Positions 39,509 to 51,876 of a stretch of 64,000 bases of DNA are shown here, one piece after another (the first letter of the stretch is position 1; the number at the start of each line of letters is the position of its first letter). This DNA comes from an uncultured Hyphomicrobiales bacterium. GTDB taxonomy: Bacteria > Pseudomonadota > Alphaproteobacteria > Puniceispirillales > UBA1172. Location: NCBI GenBank assembly GCA_964580905.1, contig CAZOLR010000003.1, positions 2,237 through 66,236 on the forward strand, in the 5' to 3' direction. A program made the translations under genes and the position numbers. The notes under the pieces were generated by a model. The model saw only the letters and a list, made by a program, of their open reading frames with translations. It did no database searches and was not told where the DNA came from.

Positions 39509-40470
39509 TGGCTGAATCAAAGAAAAAAATGGCCAAGAAAACATCCAGGAAAGCCGCCGCCAAGGCCAAGGTAGCGCCTAAGGCCAAAAAGGCGGCCAAG
39601 AAGTCAGCTAGAAAAGCCGCTGGCAAATCTATCAGCGGCTACGGGATGGGCAAGGTCGATGTGGTTATGTCCGTTGACCAGGTGGCAAAAGAAGCGGCCA
39701 GTATCGCCGCCAACGCCCCCACGATTGCCGAGCTGGAAGCCCTCACCAAGAACGATGTGTACCTGACTATAGATAAGCTCTGCGCCGGCTACGGGAAAAT
39801 GCAGATCCTGCATGACTTTACCCTGAAGATCGGTAAAGGGCAGTCTTTATGCCTGATCGGCCCCAACGGTGCGGGAAAATCCACCGTGCTGCATTCTATT
39901 TTCGGCTTCACCAACATTTTCTCCGGCAGCATTGTTGTTGATGGGAAAGATGTGACAAACCTGACCTCGTCACAGAAACTTGCGCAGGCAGGTATCGCCT
40001 ATATTCTTCAGGACAAATCTGTATTCCCCGGTATGACGGTGGAAGAAAACCTGCTCATGGGCGGGTTTCTCAAAAACAAACCTGCCGAGGCCAAAGCCGC
40101 GGCTGAAATGGTGTTCGATAAATACAGCCGTCTTGCGGAGCGCCGTGACAAACCTGCCGGGGTCCTTTCCGGTGGTGAGCGGCGTCTGCTTGAAATATCA
40201 CGTGCCCTTGTGATGGAGCCAAGTGTTCTTCTGGTGGATGAGCCTTCGATCGGCCTTGAGCCGAGGTTTATCGACATGGTCTTTGAGATTCTTGATGACC
40301 TGCAGCGTAAAGACGGAAAAACCATCATCATGGTTGAGCAGAACGCCAAAAAAGGGCTTGAGTTTGCTGATATCGGCTATGTGCTGGTGTCAGGTGAAAC
40401 AGCCATGGCGGATGATGGCAATGATCTCTTGAGTAACCCTGAAGTGGGCCGTCTGTTCCTCGGCGGGTAA
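39508..40470 (+). CDS. ABC transporter ATP-binding protein (LivF-like) with an ~82-aa N-terminal Lys/Ala-rich extension
   Basis: 320 aa. TAATG overlap with the livG-like gene and a GGGAGG Shine-Dalgarno 7 nt upstream. Walker A GPNGAGKST, signature LSGGERR. The canonical domain begins near residue 83. Confidence 0.8.
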   Translation: MAESKKKMAKKTSRKAAAKAKVAPKAKKAAKKSARKAAGKSISGYGMGKVDVVMSVDQVAKEAASIAANAPTIAELEALTKNDVYLTIDKLCAGYGKMQILHDFTLKIGKGQSLCLIGPNGAGKSTVLHSIFGFTNIFSGSIVVDGKDVTNLTSSQKLAQAGIAYILQDKSVFPGMTVEENLLMGGFLKNKPAEAKAAAEMVFDKYSRLAERRDKPAGVLSGGERRLLEISRALVMEPSVLLVDEPSIGLEPRFIDMVFEILDDLQRKDGKTIIMVEQNAKKGLEFADIGYVLVSGETAMADDGNDLLSNPEVGRLFLGG

Positions 40471-40475
40471 GAGCT

Positions 40476-41801
40476 TTATCCTATCACCATATTGATCAGC
40501 GTGAGCACCACGCCACCACCCAGCGCGAGCCCGAATGCGGCATAGAGATTGACGCCCATCGCAAGTTCGCGCGAGGACACATCGTAGAGCGTCGTGCAGG
40601 TGATAACAGAAAGAGAGGCCACCGAACTCATGGTGCCGGCGGCCCATCCGATCAGGTGAGATTGCATAAGTAGTGCCGGATCGGCATCGGAGCCACTGCC
40701 GCTGAATATCGATAAAAGGATGGTGCTTGAAATAACCGGATGTATCCCTATCACCGAGGCCAGCATCATGGCAACAGGTGTGGTGATAAGCGCGACCCAG
40801 GCCGGTGAGGCGCCGCTGGTGAAATATTCAAGGATCACGGCAACACCACCTGTCCGCGTGACCAGATACCCGAGCAGCATGGCCGAAGAAATAACGACAA
40901 TATCATCAGCCGTGGACCGAAGCGAAGTCTTAGTGTTCTCAATTATTACCGGGACATTACGGGGGTGACGAATGAACTGAATAAGGATGAGGGCCGGCAT
41001 CACCGATACAACAGCGGAAAGAGCGGTCAGTTTGAACGTAAGGGCAGCGCCAAGCACGGCCAGCAACACGATCAACAGTCGTAGCGAAACGGGTTTGAGG
41101 CATATCAGCGATGATCTCAGTATCGAAAGGTTAAATCCGGGCGTGAACAGGAAAAGACAACTTAACGTGAAGATCGCGGATATGAGAACGCCATAGCCAA
41201 TCGCAACCCATGATGAATGCGCATCGATAAAGCTTTGTCCTATCGCGAAAGCCACGAAAAAGGGCGACCATACCGCCGACGAATTCATCCCCCTCAGCGC
41301 CGCCAGCGCGGCTGTCTTGCGACGGTTCAGACTGCTCTTTTCCGGAAGGGCGGCGGAGAGCATGGCAAATGTGCCGGTATTGATGACACCGCCAAAGGCG
41401 TGCCCGGCCAACTGTAGGCCAGCGGCAGAAGACTCCGCCGGTAACCTGCCAAGGCTGGCTTGCGTTTTTCGGACCGATGGCATGGTCATCGCCGTATGTT
41501 TGACCAGGGACATTGTCGGGACCAGCCCGGCAAAGATCAGCATGAAACGCCCGGCCCCGAGAAGGGTTTCGTTATCGGGTAGCGATGGAATGATCAGAAA
41601 CCCCAGCAGAATGAGAAAGCTGATAATGACCACGCTGTCTTTTTTAAGGAAGGGCAGGGTCAAGATAATATAAGTGGCGAATATCATCACGCCGATGACA
41701 GAGACGGGTTCAAAATAGTGGCCAAGCCCGATTTGCAGGAGAGCGGAAAGCCAGGCCAGCATCAACAGCCAGAAGCGGAATGTCCGTAAAATTGCCATCA
41801 T
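40476..41801 (-). CDS. Uncharacterised polytopic membrane protein (possible ion-transporter-type permease)
   Basis: 441 aa with about 12 hydrophobic segments and no motif I recognise. 1-nt overlap with the upstream DMT-like gene. Confidence 0.55.
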   Translation of the reverse strand: MMAILRTFRFWLLMLAWLSALLQIGLGHYFEPVSVIGVMIFATYIILTLPFLKKDSVVIISFLILLGFLIIPSLPDNETLLGAGRFMLIFAGLVPTMSLVKHTAMTMPSVRKTQASLGRLPAESSAAGLQLAGHAFGGVINTGTFAMLSAALPEKSSLNRRKTAALAALRGMNSSAVWSPFFVAFAIGQSFIDAHSSWVAIGYGVLISAIFTLSCLFLFTPGFNLSILRSSLICLKPVSLRLLIVLLAVLGAALTFKLTALSAVVSVMPALILIQFIRHPRNVPVIIENTKTSLRSTADDIVVISSAMLLGYLVTRTGGVAVILEYFTSGASPAWVALITTPVAMMLASVIGIHPVISSTILLSIFSGSGSDADPALLMQSHLIGWAAGTMSSVASLSVITCTTLYDVSSRELAMGVNLYAAFGLALGGGVVLTLINMVIG

Positions 41802-42706
41802 CAGCCCAGCAACACCATAATGATCGAGACAGCCAGCATCAATATGGCCAGCAACTCAATCCGGCTGACATTTTCCTTGAAATAGAGTATCGACACGCCG
41901 ATGGTGATGAGCAGCTCGACCTGCCCGACAGCACGCACAGGGGCGACCGCATGGAGCGTAAAGGCGGTAAACCAGGCGGCTGTAGCCACCGCGCCAAAGA
42001 ACCCAGCTCCGAAGGATTGCTTCCAATGGGTAAAACTGGCAACAAGCTCTTGGCGGGAGGTTGTGAGCATCCAGAGCCCCATGCCGATGGTCTGGACCAC
42101 CACCGCCATTGCGCCTGTATATCCGGCGTTCAGAAGCCAGTCACCGCCATCCAGTTCGAGTACCGCGGCCTTGAAGAAGACCGTGGACAAGCCAAGGAAT
42201 GAGCCGCAGGCAAGGCCGATCAGGGTCTGGGATGAAAACAGGGTGGCAACAAGGCCCTTTTCACGAAAATCCGCTTTGGCGAGGGAAAGCATCACCACTG
42301 CAACCGCCCCCAGTATAATGGCTGTTCCGGTAAGGACAGAGACGACCACCCCAAGCAGAACCGCTTCGTATATCGCCGCCTGCAGGACTTCTGTTTTTGA
42401 GAAAGCTGTTCCCGCGGCGAACGACCGGTGGGAAAAAAGCCGGATAAGCAGAACAGTAAAAAGGACTTGCATCAGGCTTGCCAGCACGACCCAGAACCAG
42501 AAACCAGCATTGGGGACCGGCAGGCTGAGCCCGGTAAAGGATTTATACCCCATCACCCAGATCCAGGCGAAGGGGACGGCATAGGAAAACCGGATATAGC
42601 TTGCGCCGCTATCGCCGATCACCGGTTTCATTCGTTTCTGGATAGCGCTGCGGAAGGTCTGGGCAACGGCCGCTATAATTGTAACGAACACCCACGTTTC
42701 CAGCAT
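41801..42706 (-). CDS. DMT/EamA-like membrane protein
   Basis: 301 aa with about 10 hydrophobic helices in two similar halves. Confidence 0.6.
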   Translation of the reverse strand: MLETWVFVTIIAAVAQTFRSAIQKRMKPVIGDSGASYIRFSYAVPFAWIWVMGYKSFTGLSLPVPNAGFWFWVVLASLMQVLFTVLLIRLFSHRSFAAGTAFSKTEVLQAAIYEAVLLGVVVSVLTGTAIILGAVAVVMLSLAKADFREKGLVATLFSSQTLIGLACGSFLGLSTVFFKAAVLELDGGDWLLNAGYTGAMAVVVQTIGMGLWMLTTSRQELVASFTHWKQSFGAGFFGAVATAAWFTAFTLHAVAPVRAVGQVELLITIGVSILYFKENVSRIELLAILMLAVSIIMVLLG

Positions 42707-42844
42707 AACAGAGACTTTCTCAAGACCAAAAAATGAGGACTATATTAAGAATACAACCAATTATGACTTCAGGTCATCACTAATCTTTCCGGTACCTGAA
42801 ATATCTTTTTGGCGGGATTTTGTGAGGAAATGTTAGTTTTCCTG

Positions 42845-44350
42845 TTAACCGTTCGAAGTGTTGCGGTGCATGTTGTTGGCTTCGGCTGCCGCACGTATCA
42901 GGGCCATCGCCTTATTGACGGTTTCTTCAAATTCCATATCAGGTTTGCTGTCATAGACAATTCCGGCACCAGCCTGGGCGTGCATCATTCCATCTTTGAG
43001 GATGGCTGTGCGCAGGACAATGCAGGTGTCCATATCGCCATCGGCGGAAATATATCCGGCGGCACCCCCGTAAGGTCCGCGCCGGCAGGGTTCAAGCTCA
43101 TCAATGATTTCCATGGCCCTTATTTTCGGGGCACCGGAGACGGTTCCTGCAGGAAAGCCTGCTTTGAGAGCATCCACCACATCCAGATCGTCCCTGATCT
43201 CTCCTTCGACCTCTGATGCTATATGCATAACATGGCTGTAACGTTCGATGGCGAAACTGTCGACCAACCTGACGGTGCCAGGCTTGGACACTCGCCCCGT
43301 ATCATTGCGGCCCAGATCAAGAAGCATCAGATGTTCGGCCCGTTCCTTGATATCGGCAATGAGATCAGATGCGTAATTTGCATCTTCTTCCGGTGTGGCC
43401 CCGCGGGGGCGGGTACCCGCAATCGGCCGGATGGTGACCTTGCCGTCTCGAAGACGCACCAGAATTTCGGGGCTCGATCCCACCAGCGACATATCTTTCA
43501 TATTAAAAAGGATAAGGAACGGAGAGGGGTTGAGCCGTCTCAACGCGCGATAAAGGCTGATTGGCGGCAGGTTGAAGGGAACAGAAAACCGCTGGGACAG
43601 CACAACCTGAAAAATATCCCCGGCCTTGATGTAATCGACCGCTTTCCTGACCATGCCGAGAAAGGACGTTTTCTCCATATTGGAGGTGTATTCGGGCAGG
43701 GGGCCCTCGGTTTCTATTTTTTCTTCCTGGCTGAGGGGCTTGTTGAGCGCGGTTACCGTTTCAGCAAGGCGATCATGAGCTCTGTCCCAGGCATCTTCTG
43801 CTGATCCGTCTTCCTCTTTTCTTATGGGTGTGCAGATTGTCATCTCATCCTTGAGGCGGTCAAAAATCACCACAATCTGCGGGCGCATCAGCATCGCGTT
43901 GGGCGCATTGGTGGTATCGATATTGCTGACGGGGATGCGTTCCATGAACTGAATCATCTCATACCCGAAATAGCCAAAGAGCCCGGCGGACATGGGCGGC
44001 AGATTATCCGGAATATCAAGAGAAGATTCTTCGATCAATTCCCTCAAAGATGTGAAGGGATCACTCGAGGTCGGGCCTATCTGCTCCCCACCGGGCTGTG
44101 TTCTGAAGGCGTGCTTATCATCACAGGTCCAGATCAGATCAGGGTCCAGCGCGATGACGGAAAACCTGCCGCGGACATTGCCGCCCTCCACCGATTCCAA
44201 AAGGCAGGAATAGGGCTGTTCTGCCCCCAGTTTTATCATCGCGGAAACAGGTGTCTCAAGATCGGCTACCAGTTGCGTGTACATAATTGTCCCATGGCTG
44301 GTTTCATTCAGCACATGGGAGATCTGGTCACGACCGGGCGAAACCTGCAT
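42845..44350 (-). CDS. trpE: Anthranilate synthase component I
   Basis: 501 aa with ..SCLLESVEGG.. and ..GGAAGYISADGDMDTCIVLRTA.. motifs. TGATG overlap with ppiD. Confidence 0.9.
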   Translation of the reverse strand: MQVSPGRDQISHVLNETSHGTIMYTQLVADLETPVSAMIKLGAEQPYSCLLESVEGGNVRGRFSVIALDPDLIWTCDDKHAFRTQPGGEQIGPTSSDPFTSLRELIEESSLDIPDNLPPMSAGLFGYFGYEMIQFMERIPVSNIDTTNAPNAMLMRPQIVVIFDRLKDEMTICTPIRKEEDGSAEDAWDRAHDRLAETVTALNKPLSQEEKIETEGPLPEYTSNMEKTSFLGMVRKAVDYIKAGDIFQVVLSQRFSVPFNLPPISLYRALRRLNPSPFLILFNMKDMSLVGSSPEILVRLRDGKVTIRPIAGTRPRGATPEEDANYASDLIADIKERAEHLMLLDLGRNDTGRVSKPGTVRLVDSFAIERYSHVMHIASEVEGEIRDDLDVVDALKAGFPAGTVSGAPKIRAMEIIDELEPCRRGPYGGAAGYISADGDMDTCIVLRTAILKDGMMHAQAGAGIVYDSKPDMEFEETVNKAMALIRAAAEANNMHRNTSNG

Positions 44351-46221
44351 CAGTTTCCTGACCCGAGCAGAAGCTGTTGCACGCTGGTGGTGTTGACTTC
44401 GATTTCATGCATGGCGTTAAGGCCATTGGCGAGCGTGAACTCAACCCCTTGCGCGACGGACTCACCCAGATTGACCTGAAAACGTTCGGCTTCGGTTTTC
44501 ACCGTGTCGTCTTCGGCCGGAGTGATTTCTTCCACCATGATGATTATCGCCGCCTCGCCCGTTTCAATGTAACTGGTTTCTTTCAACTCAAGGGAAAAGG
44601 CTTCAGTTGCGATCAGGCGAGCATCCGCGTTATCAAAGCCGACCCCATCCCGTCGCATCGGGGTGCTAGAAACAAGCGGGACACCAGCTTTTGCTGCGGC
44701 GTCTTTCGGATCAGACGCGCCTGCGATCATCTCAGCTTTTTCGCGTGCGTCAGCGATGGCTTTTTCAAGACGCATGGCTTCAGCGGCACGGGTGCGAACC
44801 TCAGCGAGATCACGGGACCGCTTTTCTTCTTCGCGATCAAGTCGCAGGACAAAGAACGTATCTGCATTGGCTTCTTCCACCAGCCCGTCTTCGCCTGCTA
44901 CTGCAGTCCATACGGCCTGACGGAAAAGGGTGTCTCCGGCTATGCCATCAAGCCTGTTTCCGTCAATGTCGCGGCCGTTACGATCCATTCCGTCAATGAT
45001 CACAAGTTTCGCTTCCGAAGCTTTGGCGGCCTCTTCGATGGTGGCGCCGCTGGCGAGGGCATCTTCAAGGCTTGCAACACGGGCATAGACAAGATCAATA
45101 GCTTCATCGCGCTTAAGTTCTTCTTCCAGCTCACTGCGGACATCATCAAGAGAAAGTAGCGTTTCAGGAGAAACGCTGTCCACCAGAATAATATGCTGCC
45201 CGAGGGCTGTAGTAACCGGCCCGGCCCATTCCCCTTCATTGACTGAAAATGCCGCTTGAGCGAGCTCTTCGGTCAGGTCGTCCCGGGTGAGAAGACCGAG
45301 ATCGGTGTCGTTCTCTTCAAGTCCCAGCATATCTTTGGCGATTTGCACAAAATCTTCGCCGGCCTCAAGCCGTGAGCGTGCTGTTTCAGCATCACCCGCC
45401 TCAGTGAAAATCATCTGACGGAGATTTCGCTGTTCAGGTGTCCTGTAGGTGTCCAGCCTGTTCTCATAGGTCTCGGTAAGGCGCTCTTCGCTAATGGAAA
45501 TGTTTTCCATCAGCACATCAGGGGACAGCACGGCGGCGGTGACATACCTGAGGTCAGGGCTGTCAAAGGCTGAGCTGTTGTCCTGGTACCAGGCGGCCAG
45601 TTCAGCCTCACCCGGCATGGCAACCGCGTCGATATCAACCGCAATATTTCCCACGGCAACAACACGATGCTCAAGCCGCCAGCGTGCCAGTGCCTCAGAT
45701 ATAGACGCAGGATAAGCGATGCCTATATTGAGCGCCGACAGCACCTGATCACGCATCATGGCGTCATTGACATATTCAAGGTAACGGGCTTCCGTCAGTC
45801 CGGCGCGATTGAGCGCATCCTGAAATCGGATGGCACTGAACTGCCCGGTATCGTCCAGAAAAGCCGTTTCACGTCCGATGACGTCTTTCTGCATCTCACG
45901 GGTAACGGCAAGGCCTATACGCTCACCTTCGGCAACAAAGAGCGCACGACGCGCCATTTCGGAGACAATGTTGTTAAGAAGGCCCGAAGCAATAGCCTCG
46001 CTATTATTGGCGCCGGGAAAATAGGTGCGACGTGAACGGTCAAATTCTTCGGCGACTTGCAGCGGGGTAACTTCAACATTGCCGATCCTGATTGCGCTGT
46101 CATTTGTTGAAACAGCACGGAAAACATCACCGATCCCCCACATGGCAAAGCCAACAGCAAGGGCGATCAGGAAAATGCGCATAGGCAGGGATTTTGCACC
46201 GGTTCGGAGAGAATTAAGCAT
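44350..46221 (-). CDS. ppiD: Periplasmic chaperone / peptidyl-prolyl isomerase PpiD
   Basis: 623 aa. N-terminal membrane anchor (..MRIFLIALAVGFAMWGIGD..) and a SurA-like/parvulin-like body. Conserved position divergent from tpiA. Confidence 0.8.
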   Translation of the reverse strand: MLNSLRTGAKSLPMRIFLIALAVGFAMWGIGDVFRAVSTNDSAIRIGNVEVTPLQVAEEFDRSRRTYFPGANNSEAIASGLLNNIVSEMARRALFVAEGERIGLAVTREMQKDVIGRETAFLDDTGQFSAIRFQDALNRAGLTEARYLEYVNDAMMRDQVLSALNIGIAYPASISEALARWRLEHRVVAVGNIAVDIDAVAMPGEAELAAWYQDNSSAFDSPDLRYVTAAVLSPDVLMENISISEERLTETYENRLDTYRTPEQRNLRQMIFTEAGDAETARSRLEAGEDFVQIAKDMLGLEENDTDLGLLTRDDLTEELAQAAFSVNEGEWAGPVTTALGQHIILVDSVSPETLLSLDDVRSELEEELKRDEAIDLVYARVASLEDALASGATIEEAAKASEAKLVIIDGMDRNGRDIDGNRLDGIAGDTLFRQAVWTAVAGEDGLVEEANADTFFVLRLDREEEKRSRDLAEVRTRAAEAMRLEKAIADAREKAEMIAGASDPKDAAAKAGVPLVSSTPMRRDGVGFDNADARLIATEAFSLELKETSYIETGEAAIIIMVEEITPAEDDTVKTEAERFQVNLGESVAQGVEFTLANGLNAMHEIEVNTTSVQQLLLGSGN

Positions 46222-46448
46222 GGAGTAACCCGTTGTGGTTCCTTGGATTTAATGCAGAATATTTCTTCAACTTTCCTAGCATGGCTTTGCCCTCAAGTCA
46301 CGCCCAAGGGAGCGGCAAAACGCGATTTGTTTAAACTATCCGTCATGACTAACCTGAAATTGCCCATAAGCAGTTCAGGTTTTATGTACGGGTGGCGTTA
46401 TCTGTCAATTTTTGCTAGGAAAAATGAACGTATTATAAGAGGTCAGTC

Positions 46449-47204
46449 ATGATTATCGCCGGCAACTGGAAAATGAACATGAACCGTGAGGGCTGCGGAT
46501 CGCTTATGTCTGAGCTGGGTGCGTATCAATCATCAGCAAGCACATCGGTGGAAATGATTGTTTTCCCCCCTGCGGTGCTGATCGATACCGTACGGGCGGC
46601 AACAGGGACAAGCCAGATCGCCCTTGGCGGGCAGGATTGTCATTCGCAGGTATCCGGTGCCCATACAGGTGATATATCCGCGCCCATGCTGGTGGAGGCC
46701 GGATGCAGCTGGGTGCTCAGCGGGCATTCCGAAAGACGGGCGGATCATGGTGAGAGTAATGCCGATGTTGCCGCCAAGGCAAAACAGGCGATTTCATCCG
46801 GCCTGAAAGCCATGATCTGTGTTGGCGAAACCCTTGAGGACAGGGAAAATGACACTGCTCAACAGGTTGTCGGAACACAAATCAGGGAGTCGGTCCCTGA
46901 AGATGCACCGGCGGCATCGATTGCTGTAGCTTATGAGCCTGTCTGGGCGATAGGCACAGGCAAGGTCGCGAGCCCTGAAGATATCCAGGCCATGCATTCG
47001 CATATTCGTGATGTGTTGGTATCCATCACGTCGGATTATGCTGTAGTGCCCATACTCTATGGCGGATCGGTCAAGCCGGATAATGCCCGGGATATTCTGG
47101 GCCTGCCTGAAGTCGGTGGTGCGCTCGTTGGCGGGGCCAGCCTTAAGGCAGCGGATTTCATTGCCATTGCCCGGGCGGGTGCCCTGGCTGGAGAAGGCCG
47201 CTGA
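46449..47204 (+). CDS. tpiA: Triosephosphate isomerase
   Basis: 251 aa with AGNWKMN, GHSERR and AYEPVWAIGTG motifs. Confidence 0.95.
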   Translation: MIIAGNWKMNMNREGCGSLMSELGAYQSSASTSVEMIVFPPAVLIDTVRAATGTSQIALGGQDCHSQVSGAHTGDISAPMLVEAGCSWVLSGHSERRADHGESNADVAAKAKQAISSGLKAMICVGETLEDRENDTAQQVVGTQIRESVPEDAPAASIAVAYEPVWAIGTGKVASPEDIQAMHSHIRDVLVSITSDYAVVPILYGGSVKPDNARDILGLPEVGGALVGGASLKAADFIAIARAGALAGEGR

Positions 47205-47266
47205 TTTTACTGGCATTGATGAAGTCGATTGGCTATAACCGCCGAAGTTACTGAGGAGTTTCCATC

Positions 47267-47587
47267 ATGATGACGATCATGCTGACCATTCATATCATCA
47301 TTGCTGTTGCTCTTGTGGCAATTGTGTTGCTTCAGCGCAGTGAAGGCGGCGGCCTTGGTATTGGTGGCGGAGGACAGGGCGGCGGTTTCATGACGGCACG
47401 TGGTACCGCCAATATGCTGACCCGGCTGACAGCCATCCTCGCGGCATGCTTTTTCGCAACATCGATCGTTCTTGCGATTCTTTCTGGCGGTGATCGCAAT
47501 GCTCCATCTGTTGTTGATGAAGTGATTCAGGAAAATTCAGGTGCGCCTGCAATCCCTGCTGTACCAAGCGTTCCGACAGATCAATAA
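47267..47587 (+). CDS. secG: Preprotein translocase subunit SecG
   Basis: 106 aa. Two TM helices flanking a Gly-rich loop (LLQRSEGGGLG..). Follows tpiA. Confidence 0.85.
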   Translation: MMTIMLTIHIIIAVALVAIVLLQRSEGGGLGIGGGGQGGGFMTARGTANMLTRLTAILAACFFATSIVLAILSGGDRNAPSVVDEVIQENSGAPAIPAVPSVPTDQ

Positions 47588-47634
47588 AAAAACTTAAAAT
47601 TTTATCTCCCCGTTTGTGTGTTCCTCTGATATAG

Positions 47635-49272
<1,638 letters not shown>

Positions 49273-49301
49273 AACATTAATACATAAAGAAAATCCTGAT
49301 C

Positions 49302-50135
49302 ATGGTTCAGCAAAAGACCCTCAAAATCGGCCCTGTTGTCTGTGGAAATGAAGCCCGCATGATGCTGATTGCGGGGCCTTGTTCGATCGAAAGTCGTGAT
49401 CATGCGATAGATGTGGCCTCAACCCTTGTTGAGATCTGCAATGATCTGAAGATCGGGTTTATCTATAAATCTTCCTTTGACAAGGCTAACCGGACATCGA
49501 TCCGTTCACGTCGTGGAGTTGGCCTTGATGACGGCCTCAAAGTGCTTGAGGCGGTGCGGAATGAGCTTTCTGTTCCCGTGCTCACCGATGTTCACCTGCC
49601 GGAACAATGCGGTGAGGTAGGCTCTGTGGTGGATGTGCTTCAGATACCGGCTTTTTTATGCCGGCAAACAGATCTTCTGGTTGCGGCGGCGGAAACCGGA
49701 CGTGCGGTCAATATCAAGAAAGGCCAGTTCCTTGCGCCCTGGGATATGGATCACGTGGCGGCAAAGGTGGAAGAGGCGGGGAACAGCAATATCATGCTGA
49801 CGGAGCGCGGAACCAGTTTCGGTTATAATACGCTCGTCTCGGATATGCGGAGCCTTCCCCGGCTGGCGGAAACCGGCTGGCCGGTTATCTTTGATGCCAC
49901 GCATTCGGTGCAACAGCCGGGTGGTCTGGGCGGTGCATCGGGAGGCCAGCGTGAATATGTTCCTGTACTGGCGCGGGCCGCTGTCGCGGTTGGTGTGGCC
50001 GGGCTGTTCATCGAAACGCATGAAAACCCGGACACAGCCCCTTCTGATGGCCCCAACATGGTGCCGCTTGGCCAGATGAGAGATCTTCTGTCATCGCTTG
50101 CTGCGCTGGATCAGGTGGTGAAACATACCGGCTGA
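49302..50135 (+). CDS. kdsA: 3-deoxy-8-phosphooctulonate synthase
   Basis: 277 aa with ..[12 protein letters not shown].. and ..DATHSVQ.. motifs. Confidence 0.9.
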   Translation: MVQQKTLKIGPVVCGNEARMMLIAGPCSIESRDHAIDVASTLVEICNDLKIGFIYKSSFDKANRTSIRSRRGVGLDDGLKVLEAVRNELSVPVLTDVHLPEQCGEVGSVVDVLQIPAFLCRQTDLLVAAAETGRAVNIKKGQFLAPWDMDHVAAKVEEAGNSNIMLTERGTSFGYNTLVSDMRSLPRLAETGWPVIFDATHSVQQPGGLGGASGGQREYVPVLARAAVAVGVAGLFIETHENPDTAPSDGPNMVPLGQMRDLLSSLAALDQVVKHTG

Positions 50136-50154
50136 TAGCCATTGAGAAATTTGA

Positions 50155-51429
<1,275 letters not shown>

Positions 51430-51543
51430 ACAGGTTTTTCCTGATCATCGTGATCAAAGCACTTGACCACTTTAATGCCCTGTGATTCACTTAATCATCC
51501 GAATCGCGATGAATTAACGATTCGCATGTTTATGGAGGTTATC

Positions 51544-51855
51544 ATGGGGCGTGCCGCTTCCACCCGATTGAGAGTTTTCTGCTTCTGGGTTGCCACCTTT
51601 TTCATTGCCGGATATTTCACGGTGCACGGGCTCGGGCTTGGTAATGAACGCGGAATTCTCACCATCGACCGTCTGAATGATGACATTATTGATGCCAGAG
51701 CAGAACTGGCCGCACTTGTCCTTGAACGCCAGGGGCTTGAGCATAAGGTCAAACTTGTTTCACAGGATCAGATCGACGCCGACATTCTGGGAGAGTTGGC
51801 CCGTAAAGAAGGCGGCCTATACGCCCCGGATGAAATCATCATAGAATTTAACTGA
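51544..51855 (+). CDS. ftsB: Septum formation initiator (FtsB/DivIC family)
   Basis: ATG 51544 with a GGAGG Shine-Dalgarno. One TM helix followed by a coiled-coil-like segment. Conserved eno-ftsB-pdhA order. The track ORF starts further upstream (51463). Confidence 0.7.
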   Translation: MGRAASTRLRVFCFWVATFFIAGYFTVHGLGLGNERGILTIDRLNDDIIDARAELAALVLERQGLEHKVKLVSQDQIDADILGELARKEGGLYAPDEIIIEFN

Positions 51856-51860
51856 TTTCG

Positions 51861-51876
51861 GTTAATAGTTATTAAC
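51861..51876. promoter_or_regulatory. Perfect AT-rich palindrome GTTAATA-GT-TATTAAC in the ftsB-pdhA spacer. Either an operator candidate or a weak terminator stem.
   Basis: Read directly from the sequence. GTTATTAA recurs at 51892-51899. Confidence 0.3.
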
